From IMG/VR virus record IMGVR_UViG_3300024346_000004: DNA of 64,000 bases. One strand, written 5' to 3'. The translations under genes and the position numbers were made by a program. Shown piece by piece: positions 9,514 to 19,527 of the stretch. Source of the DNA: a virus (lineage: Duplodnaviria; Caudoviricetes). The notes below the pieces were generated by a model. The model saw only the letters and a program-made list of their open reading frames with translations, was not told the origin of the DNA and ran no database searches. Every line of letters begins with the position of its first letter. Position 1 is the first letter of the stretch.

Positions 9514-12009
9514 TTACACTATTTCTATTTTTAATTTAACTTCTTCAGACATTAATATATTTGCGGTTAATACAAATCTTCTTAATGTTCCTACTGTATT
9601 TGTACCAATACCATTTGTCCAAATATTACCTTGAGCTAAATATTGGAAATTACCAAAAGTAGTTTCTGAAGAAGTTTGACTAAATACCAATTTATTATCT
9701 TTTTTTCTAATGTATGATATTTTTAAAGTAAGATTATTCGAATATACTTTACTTTGCTCAAAACCATATATATTTTGTGAAAGATCAGTTATATTACTAT
9801 TAAATTTAAAATATTTAGGAAGCAATTCTTCTTTTTCTGCCAATAACGTATATGAATGAATTCTAGCTGGACACATTGTTAATCCAAATATTTTAAAATT
9901 AAACATGAACTGTATAGAATCTTGTGCTCTAACAGTAGATAAATCATATGGGAAATTCAATCTTGTCCATACACCCGAATTATCTTTTATTCCTGTAGTT
10001 CTGTAAAATACTCTAAATGGATCAGGCTGTACTGGGAAATCTTCAGACGCTACTTCTTCAGCATAGTTAACTAATAACTTATTAAATTTACTAACTGAAT
10101 ATGTGTCTATTTCAGGACAAATTACTCTGTTTTCATATTCCATAGGTGAATCATTTTCTCCACCCACAGGCATTGCAAAAATATTATTGTGTATTGCATC
10201 TTGAATATTTGTAACTGTATTAAAAGTATATATTATTCCATTTTTGACTGTGTATGTTTTATTATAGCCATTGTAAGGATGGTTGAATGTATTCTTGGGA
10301 TTCCATTTTCCTGGAGTATATAAAAATTGTCCACCTATTGCATAAACTCCTTGCAACTCATTTCCGAATTGAAATTTAAAAGCTGTAAATCCATACCCGC
10401 TGCTTGCCGTGTAAAAAAAATCACTATAATCATCATAAACAATTTCAAATGAATTTCTTATATCATATATTCTATGGCCAAAATTAATAATTGGGAAAAA
10501 AAATGTTTCACCAGGCAAATTCAATGCGTTTTTAACAATATAACTTTCTTCTGTTCTGATAAAAAAGTCCACGCCTCTATAAATGAATGAAGTTTTATTT
10601 GCATATGGTCCAGATTTCATTACGACAGGAAACAATCCTCCATATCCATTACCCCATGAATTTACTAATAATTGACCAGTAGTAAAATCATAGCAACTAT
10701 AGTCTGTACCAGCATCTAATAATAAATCTTTACGAATGTTATATCTTAATATTCTTGTTCTATTATTTACATTACTATTATCAACCTGTTTGACATATAA
10801 ATATTGTGTATTATTATCTTTTTGAGGAGTCACACACATGCCAAAGTAAGTATTTGTTGATGTAGGTACAAAAGATTCTTTAATATTGTAAGTGGCTTTT
10901 TGCCCATCTGTTCTATTAGCAAAAGGAATTGTAACAGAACCATTTATCTTAAAATCATCAATATTAAGCCCTTTGACAATATTGATACCATATTGTGCTA
11001 CAGGTAAAATTATCAATCTGATTTCTTCAATTATATAAGGAACATTAGTTTGATTAGCAGACGGTAACCTATCAATTGTAATACTTGAATTACTATTAAT
11101 TCTATTTACATAATACCAGGTAGTAATTTTTTCAGGATCTGTAGACCCAAAACCAATTCTAGCTCCAACAGAAATTTTCTTATCAAAAAAAGTAGTATTT
11201 ATTCCTGTAACTTCAGCAGTAGATGTTGATAGATTGACTAATCCATCTGTTGTTTTATCCATAGATGCGATAAGGTCATAATCATAAGCAGATTGCCCAA
11301 TAGGAGTGAATGTAATATTGATAAAACCTTTGTGCGTAAATGTCCAAGTAAATCTATCAAAAATTACTAAGTGATATTTTCTTATCTGGCTTCCGCTCAT
11401 TTCATTTCTTTGAAATATTAGTAAATCATATCTTTCTGTGTAACTAATAACATCATTGGCGTAATACGTATAAAGAGCTGGCGGTGAAGTTGAATTATAA
11501 ATAACTCTGAATTCATCAAATATATGAAACATCTCATGAGGTTGATTTGAAATATAATTGTTTTCAGGGGTTGTGTTACTTGTGAATAATTTCTGGAATC
11601 TACCTATATTTAATTTACTAGGGTCATATCCAGTAGTGTCTTTTACAGGTAAAGATCCACTAGGTGAAACAGTACCGATATCATCATAATAATTGTTGTT
11701 TACAGTAGCTATAAGTTGCTCTGAATTAACAGTTCTTCCATACACTTTATAACTTGTAGCATAACTACTTGATGTCCAGGATATTCTGATGAAATTATTA
11801 CTACTTAGCGTTGCATTTCCAGTTATTACTACAGGATCGCTAGCTAATGTCTCACCAAATTCACTAACAGCACTTACTCTATAGGAATAAATAGTAGACC
11901 CTGAAGCTCCAAAAGCCTGTAATGAAATTACAGGCTTCGGAACGGAATTTAGTTGTGTTATTGTGCAGCTTGAATCAAAGTTATATTCAAACGCTTGTGT
12001 TGTTGCCAT
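9514..12009 (-). CDS. Tail/receptor-binding protein, core paralogue of the two downstream LamG proteins
   Basis: Shares YSYRVSAVSEFGETLAS, RIGFGSTDP...WYY, PYIIEE and FYRTTGIKDNSGVW blocks with 3194..8617 and 1..3191. Confidence 0.8.
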   Translation of the reverse strand: MATTQAFEYNFDSSCTITQLNSVPKPVISLQAFGASGSTIYSYRVSAVSEFGETLASDPVVITGNATLSSNNFIRISWTSSSYATSYKVYGRTVNSEQLIATVNNNYYDDIGTVSPSGSLPVKDTTGYDPSKLNIGRFQKLFTSNTTPENNYISNQPHEMFHIFDEFRVIYNSTSPPALYTYYANDVISYTERYDLLIFQRNEMSGSQIRKYHLVIFDRFTWTFTHKGFINITFTPIGQSAYDYDLIASMDKTTDGLVNLSTSTAEVTGINTTFFDKKISVGARIGFGSTDPEKITTWYYVNRINSNSSITIDRLPSANQTNVPYIIEEIRLIILPVAQYGINIVKGLNIDDFKINGSVTIPFANRTDGQKATYNIKESFVPTSTNTYFGMCVTPQKDNNTQYLYVKQVDNSNVNNRTRILRYNIRKDLLLDAGTDYSCYDFTTGQLLVNSWGNGYGGLFPVVMKSGPYANKTSFIYRGVDFFIRTEESYIVKNALNLPGETFFFPIINFGHRIYDIRNSFEIVYDDYSDFFYTASSGYGFTAFKFQFGNELQGVYAIGGQFLYTPGKWNPKNTFNHPYNGYNKTYTVKNGIIYTFNTVTNIQDAIHNNIFAMPVGGENDSPMEYENRVICPEIDTYSVSKFNKLLVNYAEEVASEDFPVQPDPFRVFYRTTGIKDNSGVWTRLNFPYDLSTVRAQDSIQFMFNFKIFGLTMCPARIHSYTLLAEKEELLPKYFKFNSNITDLSQNIYGFEQSKVYSNNLTLKISYIRKKDNKLVFSQTSSETTFGNFQYLAQGNIWTNGIGTNTVGTLRRFVLTANILMSEEVKLKIEIV

Positions 12010-12223
12010 CCATCTCTTCCAGTGTACGATTTCCAGTAGCTACAAAAAATGCAGGAAAAGCAGCTATAGGAAATTGAGTAGCGTCTCTCTTTAGATATAC
12101 TTCTACCATATCTAAGGCTTTATAATCTCCAGTATATTTCACACAATATTCAGTTTGTGTTAATACTGGTGTGTCAGCCTCAAGATGGTAAATCACATCT
12201 TCAGGTTTTACATCTTCATTCAT
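11987..12223 (-). CDS. Small hypothetical protein
   Basis: 78 aa; ATGA overlap with the gyrA stop; GAGGT ribosome-binding site. Confidence 0.65.
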   Translation of the reverse strand: MNEDVKPEDVIYHLEADTPVLTQTEYCVKYTGDYKALDMVEVYLKRDATQFPIAAFPAFFVATGNRTLEEMDGNNTSV

Positions 12224-15200
12224 ACATTTACCTCTATATTTTCTTCATTATCAGAGTTAAAATCCTCTGTCTTATCTACTTTTATAACAGATTGAACAGC
12301 ATCTCCATCATTAACTGTGATGACCTTTACTCCCATACCTGCTCTTCCTTTAAGTCTAAGGTCAGATACACGAGTTCTTTGTACTAATCCCTTGGTAGTG
12401 AGAACAAGAATTTCATCATCTTCGGTTACAGATACAGCACAGACAATATTTCCATTTCTAGTTGTAATACTATCAATGGTCTTAATACCCTTTACTGCTC
12501 TACCACCGGACGATCTATAAAGGCTAGCATCTGTTCTTTTACCATATCCCATAGAAGTGATAATTAATACAGAAGGATCAGCATCTTTGTCAAATGTAAT
12601 CATCGAAGCAATTGAATCTCTATCTCTAAGAATCATAGCCTTGACACCTTGAGAATTCTTTCCTACTGCACGAACTAAATCTTCTGAATATCTTACAGCC
12701 ATACCGTTAGTAGTGATTAGCATTACATCTTCAGTACCAGAAGTAGTTGATACAAATTTCAGCTCATCGCCTTCATTTATAATAATTGCTTTAGTACCCT
12801 TTTTACGAAGATTGATATTATATTCTCTAATCTCACTTCTCTTAATCAAACCATTCTTAGTGATCATAATAAAATAACCATCTACGTCTAATGATTTGAT
12901 ATTTAAAGTACAGGCAATTTCATCCCCTTGAGGCAATTCCAAAAGATTGTTAAGATGAATACCCTTTGATGTACGAGAACCTACTGGAATTTCATAGCCC
13001 TTCTTTTTGTATAGATTGCCACACTTTGAGAAGAACAAGAAATAATCATGTGTAGAACCATAGAAGATATCAGAAGCTTCATCTTCTTCACGACCCTTAA
13101 CACCAATTACTCCCTTACCACCACGATTTTGTGCTTTAAAAGTACCTGAAGGAACTCTCTTTACATATCCATCTTTACTTAGGGATACAACAATTTGCTC
13201 TTCTCGAATCATATCTTCTGTTGACATAGAAACTGCTGACTCGACAATTTCACATCGTCTATCGTCACCAATTTTCTCAGCTAGCTCTAATTGCTCACGG
13301 GAAACTAGATTAGACAGTTTACGATCAGATCCGAGAATATCAACAAGCCATTCATTTCTCTTTGTAAGCTTGTCAAATTCATCTTTCATACCAGCGGTAT
13401 CAAGCTTTGTAAGATTACCCAATGTAATTCTAAGAACAGCATCAGATTGCTCTAAAGAGGTTACAAATCCTTGCGTGATGAGTTCTTGCTGTGCCACATT
13501 CCTATCATCAGCTTCACGTATGAGCTTGATAACCGAATCAATTTTAGCGGTAATGCCAATGAGACCATCAAGGATATGGATTCTTCTATTGTTTTTATCA
13601 AGTTCTGCATTGAATTTTCTTGTTAATACTTCTTTACGATGAATTACAAATGTATCAACTAGCTTGAGCATTGGTACATTTTCAACAACTTTTTTACCAT
13701 CTAAAAGTACTGTTGAATTAATTGAAAAATTAGTTCTCAAGCATGTATGTTTTAGAATTAGATTCAAAATAAGATTAGAATTGGTTGTTTTATGAATCCA
13801 TACTCTAATGTCCATACCTCTCTTATTAGTAAGGTTCTTTAGATTTGTAATACCATCTAACTTCTTAGATTCTACAAGCTCTTTAATTTCTCTACAAAAA
13901 CCTTCAGCAGAGCCACCATAAGGAAGAGCTGTTACTTTGATATAATGTTGGCCATTTTTCTCTTGTTCCATAGAATAATAGCCTTCAATTTGAACAGAAC
14001 CACGTCCAGTTGTAAAGTAATTCTTGACACCTTCATTACCAAGAATCTTACACTTTAGCGGAAAGTCTGGTCCTGGCATAATTTCCATCATTTCAGCGAG
14101 AGAAATATTAGGATTTTTAATATATGCTGCAATCAGATTAGCAGTTTCACGAAGATTATGCGGAGCCATACTAGTAGCCCAACCAACAGCAATACCAGAA
14201 CATCCATTCACAATAAGATTAGGTAGTAAAGAAGGAAGAACTGTAGGCTCCATCATCTCATCGTTATAGTTAGAAATATAATCTACAACTTGATTTGATA
14301 GTTCTGAAACCATCTGATCACCAAATACAGAAAATTTAGATTCCGTGTTATGGTTCACAATTCCATTTGCTACAAAAGAGTGACAATCAGAATCTACTTT
14401 AACTGAATATACATTTTGAATTCCAGCGTCTTCGATTTTGACAACCTTTTGATAGAAATAATTATCATTATCAAGCTCTTCCACAACCTTAAATAATTCT
14501 TCTGAAAGATTTTGCTTAAGTTGAGGAACACTCTGCTTGAAATTATTATATCTATCAAAGTTATTGCTAACAACCCATCTATTTCTAGTATTATCTCTCA
14601 AATAATTAGATACATGAGGAATATAATCTCCATGAACAGCTGAATTGTTCTTTTCACTTAGACTATCAATAATAATATTTAAAAGAGATTGCTTTCTTGC
14701 AGATACAAAATTAATCTCACTTCGGAAATTATTAATGTCATTCTTTCCAGTAATGAGAACCTTGTAAATATCTTTTGATTCAGAATAAGATAGTTTTGTG
14801 GTGATTCCAAATCCTAAAAGAACAACCTGAAGTTGATTACAAAGAATCTTACTTTTTGTATTATAAGAGACTACATTGGTATTGATTTCTGCACTGCCAT
14901 CTCCCTCATACAAAGCAGACAGGAATGAAGATACTACACTTTTCGGAGATTGAAGGATAACCCATGGAATAGACTTATCCTTAGATTTAATACCTAGATC
15001 AAAACCCAATTTAGAGAACATTTCGCATATCTTGGCGTTGTGCATTTCAATTGTTACATAAGGATTTTTAGACCAACCAACAGGCTCACGCTCAAATTTG
15101 TGATATGCATCTTGTCCAAAAGTATTATCTAATGCAAAAGTAAATGCGTCAAGAAGATCACCATGAAGATTTGCAAAACCAAATCTCTTAGAATCAATCC

Positions 15201-16038
15201 ATCCCTCAGATACGATACTTCCCATGATTGTAGCGATATTTTCATCAATCACATCAGGAACATTTACAATCTTATTATTAGGTCCAAACTCTGGCTTATA
15301 AGGCGTTAGATCAAAATACTCTGTTGGATAAATACTCTTACGTGAAAGAACAATATAATCATTTTCCTTAATTTCACTTAGCAATTTCCAATCATAGCCA
15401 ACTTTACCATTCTCGTAATTATATGTAAGAACGGGGTGGTTATGAGTACCAGTAACTGAAAAATTATCAGTAGTTGTGATTTTAATAGTAGGGTGAGGAC
15501 CACAATCAAACCACTTAGAAGATTTGTTAAGTTTATTACCAGCAGAAAGAACAGTGATATCAATATCTTCTTGCGATGAAATTTTATCAATTCTGACAAG
15601 ACCTTTATTGGTATAAACAAGAGCATCTGCAGTAAGACAATATCTCATGGCCGCCGGTTTGTCTTCTGGTGCGGGAGATCCGAAGTTTCCTTGGGGTGAA
15701 ATTAATGGATATCTTAGAGACCAATCTTGTGCCATACGAACAAGTGTAGGATAAACAACAGCTTCTCCGTGTGGGTGATAATTACCAGAAACATCACCAC
15801 AAATCTTTGCGCACTTTTTTGTCTTACCTGTAGAACGAAGATTAAGATCATCCATAGCTACAAGAGTACGGCGTTGAGATGGCTTTAGGCCATCTCTAGC
15901 ATCAGGAAGAGCACGATCTTCCATGACAGCAAAAGCATAATTTGTAAATCTTTCATCAAGAAGATCTGTGAATTCTTTATCTATAACATGATCAGTAAGA
16001 GTGCTGGCCTCTACTTCTACGGTTTTATTTTTTCTCAT
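12220..16038 (-). CDS. gyrA: DNA gyrase subunit A, intein-containing
   Basis: RALPDARDGLKP, YHPHG, AAMRY|TE catalytic Tyr, GIAVG, GPDFP, GyrA-box QNRGGKG and C-terminal pinwheel repeats; ~841 aa after splicing. Confidence 0.97.
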   Translation of the reverse strand: MRKNKTVEVEASTLTDHVIDKEFTDLLDERFTNYAFAVMEDRALPDARDGLKPSQRRTLVAMDDLNLRSTGKTKKCAKICGDVSGNYHPHGEAVVYPTLVRMAQDWSLRYPLISPQGNFGSPAPEDKPAAMRYCLTADALVYTNKGLVRIDKISSQEDIDITVLSAGNKLNKSSKWFDCGPHPTIKITTTDNFSVTGTHNHPVLTYNYENGKVGYDWKLLSEIKENDYIVLSRKSIYPTEYFDLTPYKPEFGPNNKIVNVPDVIDENIATIMGSIVSEGWIDSKRFGFANLHGDLLDAFTFALDNTFGQDAYHKFEREPVGWSKNPYVTIEMHNAKICEMFSKLGFDLGIKSKDKSIPWVILQSPKSVVSSFLSALYEGDGSAEINTNVVSYNTKSKILCNQLQVVLLGFGITTKLSYSESKDIYKVLITGKNDINNFRSEINFVSARKQSLLNIIIDSLSEKNNSAVHGDYIPHVSNYLRDNTRNRWVVSNNFDRYNNFKQSVPQLKQNLSEELFKVVEELDNDNYFYQKVVKIEDAGIQNVYSVKVDSDCHSFVANGIVNHNTESKFSVFGDQMVSELSNQVVDYISNYNDEMMEPTVLPSLLPNLIVNGCSGIAVGWATSMAPHNLRETANLIAAYIKNPNISLAEMMEIMPGPDFPLKCKILGNEGVKNYFTTGRGSVQIEGYYSMEQEKNGQHYIKVTALPYGGSAEGFCREIKELVESKKLDGITNLKNLTNKRGMDIRVWIHKTTNSNLILNLILKHTCLRTNFSINSTVLLDGKKVVENVPMLKLVDTFVIHRKEVLTRKFNAELDKNNRRIHILDGLIGITAKIDSVIKLIREADDRNVAQQELITQGFVTSLEQSDAVLRITLGNLTKLDTAGMKDEFDKLTKRNEWLVDILGSDRKLSNLVSREQLELAEKIGDDRRCEIVESAVSMSTEDMIREEQIVVSLSKDGYVKRVPSGTFKAQNRGGKGVIGVKGREEDEASDIFYGSTHDYFLFFSKCGNLYKKKGYEIPVGSRTSKGIHLNNLLELPQGDEIACTLNIKSLDVDGYFIMITKNGLIKRSEIREYNINLRKKGTKAIIINEGDELKFVSTTSGTEDVMLITTNGMAVRYSEDLVRAVGKNSQGVKAMILRDRDSIASMITFDKDADPSVLIITSMGYGKRTDASLYRSSGGRAVKGIKTIDSITTRNGNIVCAVSVTEDDEILVLTTKGLVQRTRVSDLRLKGRAGMGVKVITVNDGDAVQSVIKVDKTEDFNSDNEENIEVNV
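14347..15639 (-). mobile_element. Intein with LAGLIDADG homing endonuclease in GyrA (431 aa)
   Basis: Begins CLTADALV immediately after catalytic Tyr133. Block B TGTHNHPVL, LAGLIDADG-like IMGSIVSEG and FLSALYEGDGS; ends ANGIVNHN with Thr at +1. Confidence 0.95.
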
Positions 16039-19000
16039 ACATTTTCCTCACTTGCTCGGATAGCTGATTTCTTGATGATGTGTTCTTTTCTAGGGGCTAC
16101 TTCACTACCCATCAACGTAGAAATCAAATCAGACGCATCTTCTGCATTTTCCACATTTACTTTAATGATATGTCTAGTGCCAATTTCCATAGTAGTGACA
16201 CCTAGTTCATCGCCATCCATTTCGCCAAGACCTTTAAATCTGGTTACTTCTATTTTATCACCATATTTCTTACGATAGGTTTCAAGCTCTTCATTAGAAT
16301 GGATATAGAATTTTTGGTTCTTTACATTCACACGATATAGAGGTGGCTTCGCTAAATACAATTTCCCTGCTAATACTAGAGGACGCATAAATCTATAGAA
16401 GAATGTCATAAGAAGGGCAGCAATATGAGCTCCATCGTCATCAGCATCAGTCATAATAACGATTTTGCCATATCTCAAATCTTCAATTTTAAACTCGTCT
16501 CGAATACCAGTACCAAGAGCAGAAATAATTGATGCTACTTCCTCATTTTGCATAAGTCTTGCATAATCGTTCTTTTCTGGGTTGATAATCTTTCCACGAA
16601 TAGGCATAACAGCTTGAAATTCAGGGTCTCTACCAAATTTGCTACTATTGTGAACAAAAACACCACAACTTAATGCAAAGTTATGTGACTCAGGTACTTC
16701 TATGTCATAAACATCTTCAGTATAATTGAGTTTTTCGATAGAAACAATTTTATGATTTTGCAATTTACATGCTTCTTTAGCTTTATCTTTGTCATTATCA
16801 AAGAATTTTTTCACTAATCTTTGAAAACATTGATATAAAGCACTTTCTTGTGATGGAATAGTATCTTTTTGTGTTTCATACAAATAAGCACCAATTTTTG
16901 CAATCATTTTTTTCATATTTGTATTATCAAGAGTAGCTTTTCTTTTCATCTTAAATTCTTCTGTCATCTGTTCTTTTGTTTTCTCAGATCGCCATTTACG
17001 CAAAGATTCATCAGACCATTGCTCAATTGCTTTTTTTCTATTGTTTTCTTTAGCTTCAGGATTATTTTGAAAATATTCTTTAACTCTAATTGATTGAGCT
17101 AAGCGATTTTCTTCTAAAGACCAATATTTTTGCTGTTCCTCATTCAAGGTTTTAAGAACTTCTTGTCGATAAGTTTCATTCGAAAGATAAAAGTTTTTCC
17201 AGGCTGTTCTCATAAATTTTTTATATTCAGGATCAGCCCAAATTTTAGCATTATGTTCAACTAATCTTTTCTGGTTTTCTGGTTCGAGCATTTGATTTCT
17301 AGCTTTCAATCTGAAATCTTCAGTTCTCTTAGCTTCTGCAGATTTTCTTTTTGATTCTTCGCTATGTAAAAACAAAGAAGCATGATCTCTATGCAATTTT
17401 AAATGTTCATCTTTATTCATTCTAACCAAATTATTAGGGTTATTATTTCTCTTATTAAAATCTACATGATGACAATGTGTTGTTTTATCATATGTATATA
17501 CACCCTTCCATAGATTCCACCAATCAGCCATTTTATGAGTAAATACCCAAGTTAAAGCGTTTGGCATCCAAGTCATTTCATATCCATCGATTGTTATACT
17601 TTTTTCTTTTTTGGATGAAATTTTTCTATACAAGGGGTAAAGAGACAAACCCTCACTCATTTCATCTGCTCTGATATAAGAACCATCAGATTTCATCCAT
17701 TTGTGGTCAGGGGTACATATAACAGATTCTCCATTATCAAGAGTAACTTTAATTAGCTCTGCATTCTTCTTAGTCAATCTAGCATGCTTAATCTCAGCTA
17801 AACCAATCTGTCCATCATTTCTAACAGTGTAGCAGAAATTTTGAATTCCTTTTTCTTGTTCTTCTATAAGTTCAATGAATGAAATTTCTCTTCCATCTGC
17901 TAAAGAAATTCTAGTAGAACCAACAAAACATCCCGCTGCGCTATCGCCTTCCACAATAAATAGCTCTGTATTTACATTATCTTCGGAGTTACAATCAGAC
18001 AACTTTCCTGGTAAAGAACCTGAACGGCCTAAGAAACTCTGTCTCTTAATATTTTCTGATGCTCTTTTTGCTGCTGCTCTTGCTTTCGCTGCTCTAAAAG
18101 CTCTGTCAGCAATATTCTTGACAATGGTCGGATTCTTTTCAAAATATTCTGTTACAGCTTCTGAAAATAGTCGATTAACTACACTTTCAACTTCTTGAGA
18201 GCCTAATTTACCCTTTGTCTGCCCTTCAAATTGTGGTTGTGGTAGTCGGACAGAAATAATACCAACAATACCTTCACGAATATCATCTCCGGTAAGGTTG
18301 GGTTCTTTTTCTTTAATTACACCAGATGATCTAGCGAATTGATTTACTACTCTTGTGATAGATGTTTTAAAGCCACTAAGATGAGTACCACCATCAGCGG
18401 TATTAATATTATTAGCATAGGTATATAGAGTTTCATCATCTTCTTCTCCATATTGAAAAGCTACTTGAACATTAATCTTACCTAGCTTATTTTCAAAAAA
18501 GAATGGTTTTGATGGATAAACATTTGTACGTGATTTAGTAAGATAAGATACATAATCAGAAATACCACCCTCAAAATAAAAATCTTCTTTTATACCAGTG
18601 GAATCATTCTTATAGCAAATCTTCAACCCACCATTTAAATAAGCAGTTTCACGTAGACGGCGTAGTAATATCGCTTCATCAAAGTGAATATTGTCATTGC
18701 TTCTCTTATGCCAAATCCTATAAATGACATATAAGGATTGCTCACTAACATTAATTGGTTTAAAAATATCATAAAACATTGCGCCATTAACTTCGCCATT
18801 AATCAAAGCTTTGCGCCATTTTCCAGAGCATTCAGCAAAAACTTCATCAATTTCAAAATCATCAATCAAATGCTCACGAAAAGCATCTTCCACTGCAAAT
18901 TGACCAAAAATGTTATAGTCTGGTGTGAATGTGATTTTTGTGCCTGTAGAAGATGAATTTCCTACCTCTTCTACTTTACCAGCGGGAATACCACGATCAA

Positions 19001-19445
19001 AACTAAGGAGATATTTTTTCTTATCACGAGAAACTTCAACATCAAGTCTTAAAGAAAGAAAGTTTACACAAGAAGCTCCTACTCCATGCAAACCACCTGA
19101 TGCTTCATATCCAGAACCATCATCACCAAACTTACCACCTGCATGAAGTTCCGTAAGTACAATTTCAAGAGTACTACGCTTCTTAGGATCTTCTTGTTTT
19201 ACTGCTACAGGGATACCACGTCCATTATCGATAATAGTTACGGAGCGATTGTCTTTAGAAATAATAACATCAATTTTAGAACAATGACCCGCCATATGTT
19301 CATCTACAGAGTTATCTAAAATCTCCCATACTAAGTGATGTAGTCCTTTCTTACCAGTATCACCAATATACATAGCAGGACGAGTACGTACTGCTTCTTG
19401 ACTTTCTAGAATCTGGATAGAATCTTCGTTGTATTGACTTGCCAT
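16035..19445 (-). CDS. gyrB: DNA gyrase subunit B, intein-containing
   Basis: RPAMYIG, EILDNSVDE, DNGRGIP, LHAGGKF, SGGLHGVG, VEGDSA, PIRGK, MTDADDDGAHI, RFKGLGEM; ATGA overlap with gyrA. Confidence 0.97.
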   Translation of the reverse strand: MASQYNEDSIQILESQEAVRTRPAMYIGDTGKKGLHHLVWEILDNSVDEHMAGHCSKIDVIISKDNRSVTIIDNGRGIPVAVKQEDPKKRSTLEIVLTELHAGGKFGDDGSGYEASGGLHGVGASCVNFLSLRLDVEVSRDKKKYLLSFDRGIPAGKVEEVGNSSSTGTKITFTPDYNIFGQFAVEDAFREHLIDDFEIDEVFAECSGKWRKALINGEVNGAMFYDIFKPINVSEQSLYVIYRIWHKRSNDNIHFDEAILLRRLRETAYLNGGLKICYKNDSTGIKEDFYFEGGISDYVSYLTKSRTNVYPSKPFFFENKLGKINVQVAFQYGEEDDETLYTYANNINTADGGTHLSGFKTSITRVVNQFARSSGVIKEKEPNLTGDDIREGIVGIISVRLPQPQFEGQTKGKLGSQEVESVVNRLFSEAVTEYFEKNPTIVKNIADRAFRAAKARAAAKRASENIKRQSFLGRSGSLPGKLSDCNSEDNVNTELFIVEGDSAAGCFVGSTRISLADGREISFIELIEEQEKGIQNFCYTVRNDGQIGLAEIKHARLTKKNAELIKVTLDNGESVICTPDHKWMKSDGSYIRADEMSEGLSLYPLYRKISSKKEKSITIDGYEMTWMPNALTWVFTHKMADWWNLWKGVYTYDKTTHCHHVDFNKRNNNPNNLVRMNKDEHLKLHRDHASLFLHSEESKRKSAEAKRTEDFRLKARNQMLEPENQKRLVEHNAKIWADPEYKKFMRTAWKNFYLSNETYRQEVLKTLNEEQQKYWSLEENRLAQSIRVKEYFQNNPEAKENNRKKAIEQWSDESLRKWRSEKTKEQMTEEFKMKRKATLDNTNMKKMIAKIGAYLYETQKDTIPSQESALYQCFQRLVKKFFDNDKDKAKEACKLQNHKIVSIEKLNYTEDVYDIEVPESHNFALSCGVFVHNSSKFGRDPEFQAVMPIRGKIINPEKNDYARLMQNEEVASIISALGTGIRDEFKIEDLRYGKIVIMTDADDDGAHIAALLMTFFYRFMRPLVLAGKLYLAKPPLYRVNVKNQKFYIHSNEELETYRKKYGDKIEVTRFKGLGEMDGDELGVTTMEIGTRHIIKVNVENAEDASDLISTLMGSEVAPRKEHIIKKSAIRASEENV
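16647..17930 (-). mobile_element. Intein with HNH homing endonuclease in the GyrB TOPRIM domain (428 aa)
   Basis: EGDSAAG|CFVGST...CTPDHKW...HCHHVDFNKRNNNPNNL...EH...NFALSCGVFVHN|S; basic helical (NUMOD3-like) repeats follow the HNH motif. Confidence 0.95.
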
Positions 19446-19464
19446 TATTTTTCCTTTTAGGCAT

Positions 19465-19497
19465 AAAAAAATGCTGTGATTTAGTTACCACAGCATT
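19465..19497 (-). terminator. Rho-independent terminator between the 213-aa gene and gyrB
   Basis: Minus-strand RNA AAUGCUGUGG-UAACUAAA-UCACAGCAUU followed by a U-run. Confidence 0.8.
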
Positions 19498-19523
19498 CTA
19501 CCCCAAATACAGCTTATTTACAA
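19495..19523 (-). promoter_or_regulatory. sigma70/sigmaA-type promoter of gyrBA
   Basis: TTGTAA-17 nt-TAGAAT on the minus strand, ~50 nt before the gyrB ATG. Confidence 0.7.
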
Positions 19524-19527
19524 TATT

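Noticed and set aside
12220-19445. Topoisomerase IV (parC/parE), or a bacterial chromosomal origin for the window
   Set aside because: The GyrA-box is present. The context lacks dnaA/dnaN/recF and is dominated by virion genes, with gyrA translationally coupled to a tail operon.
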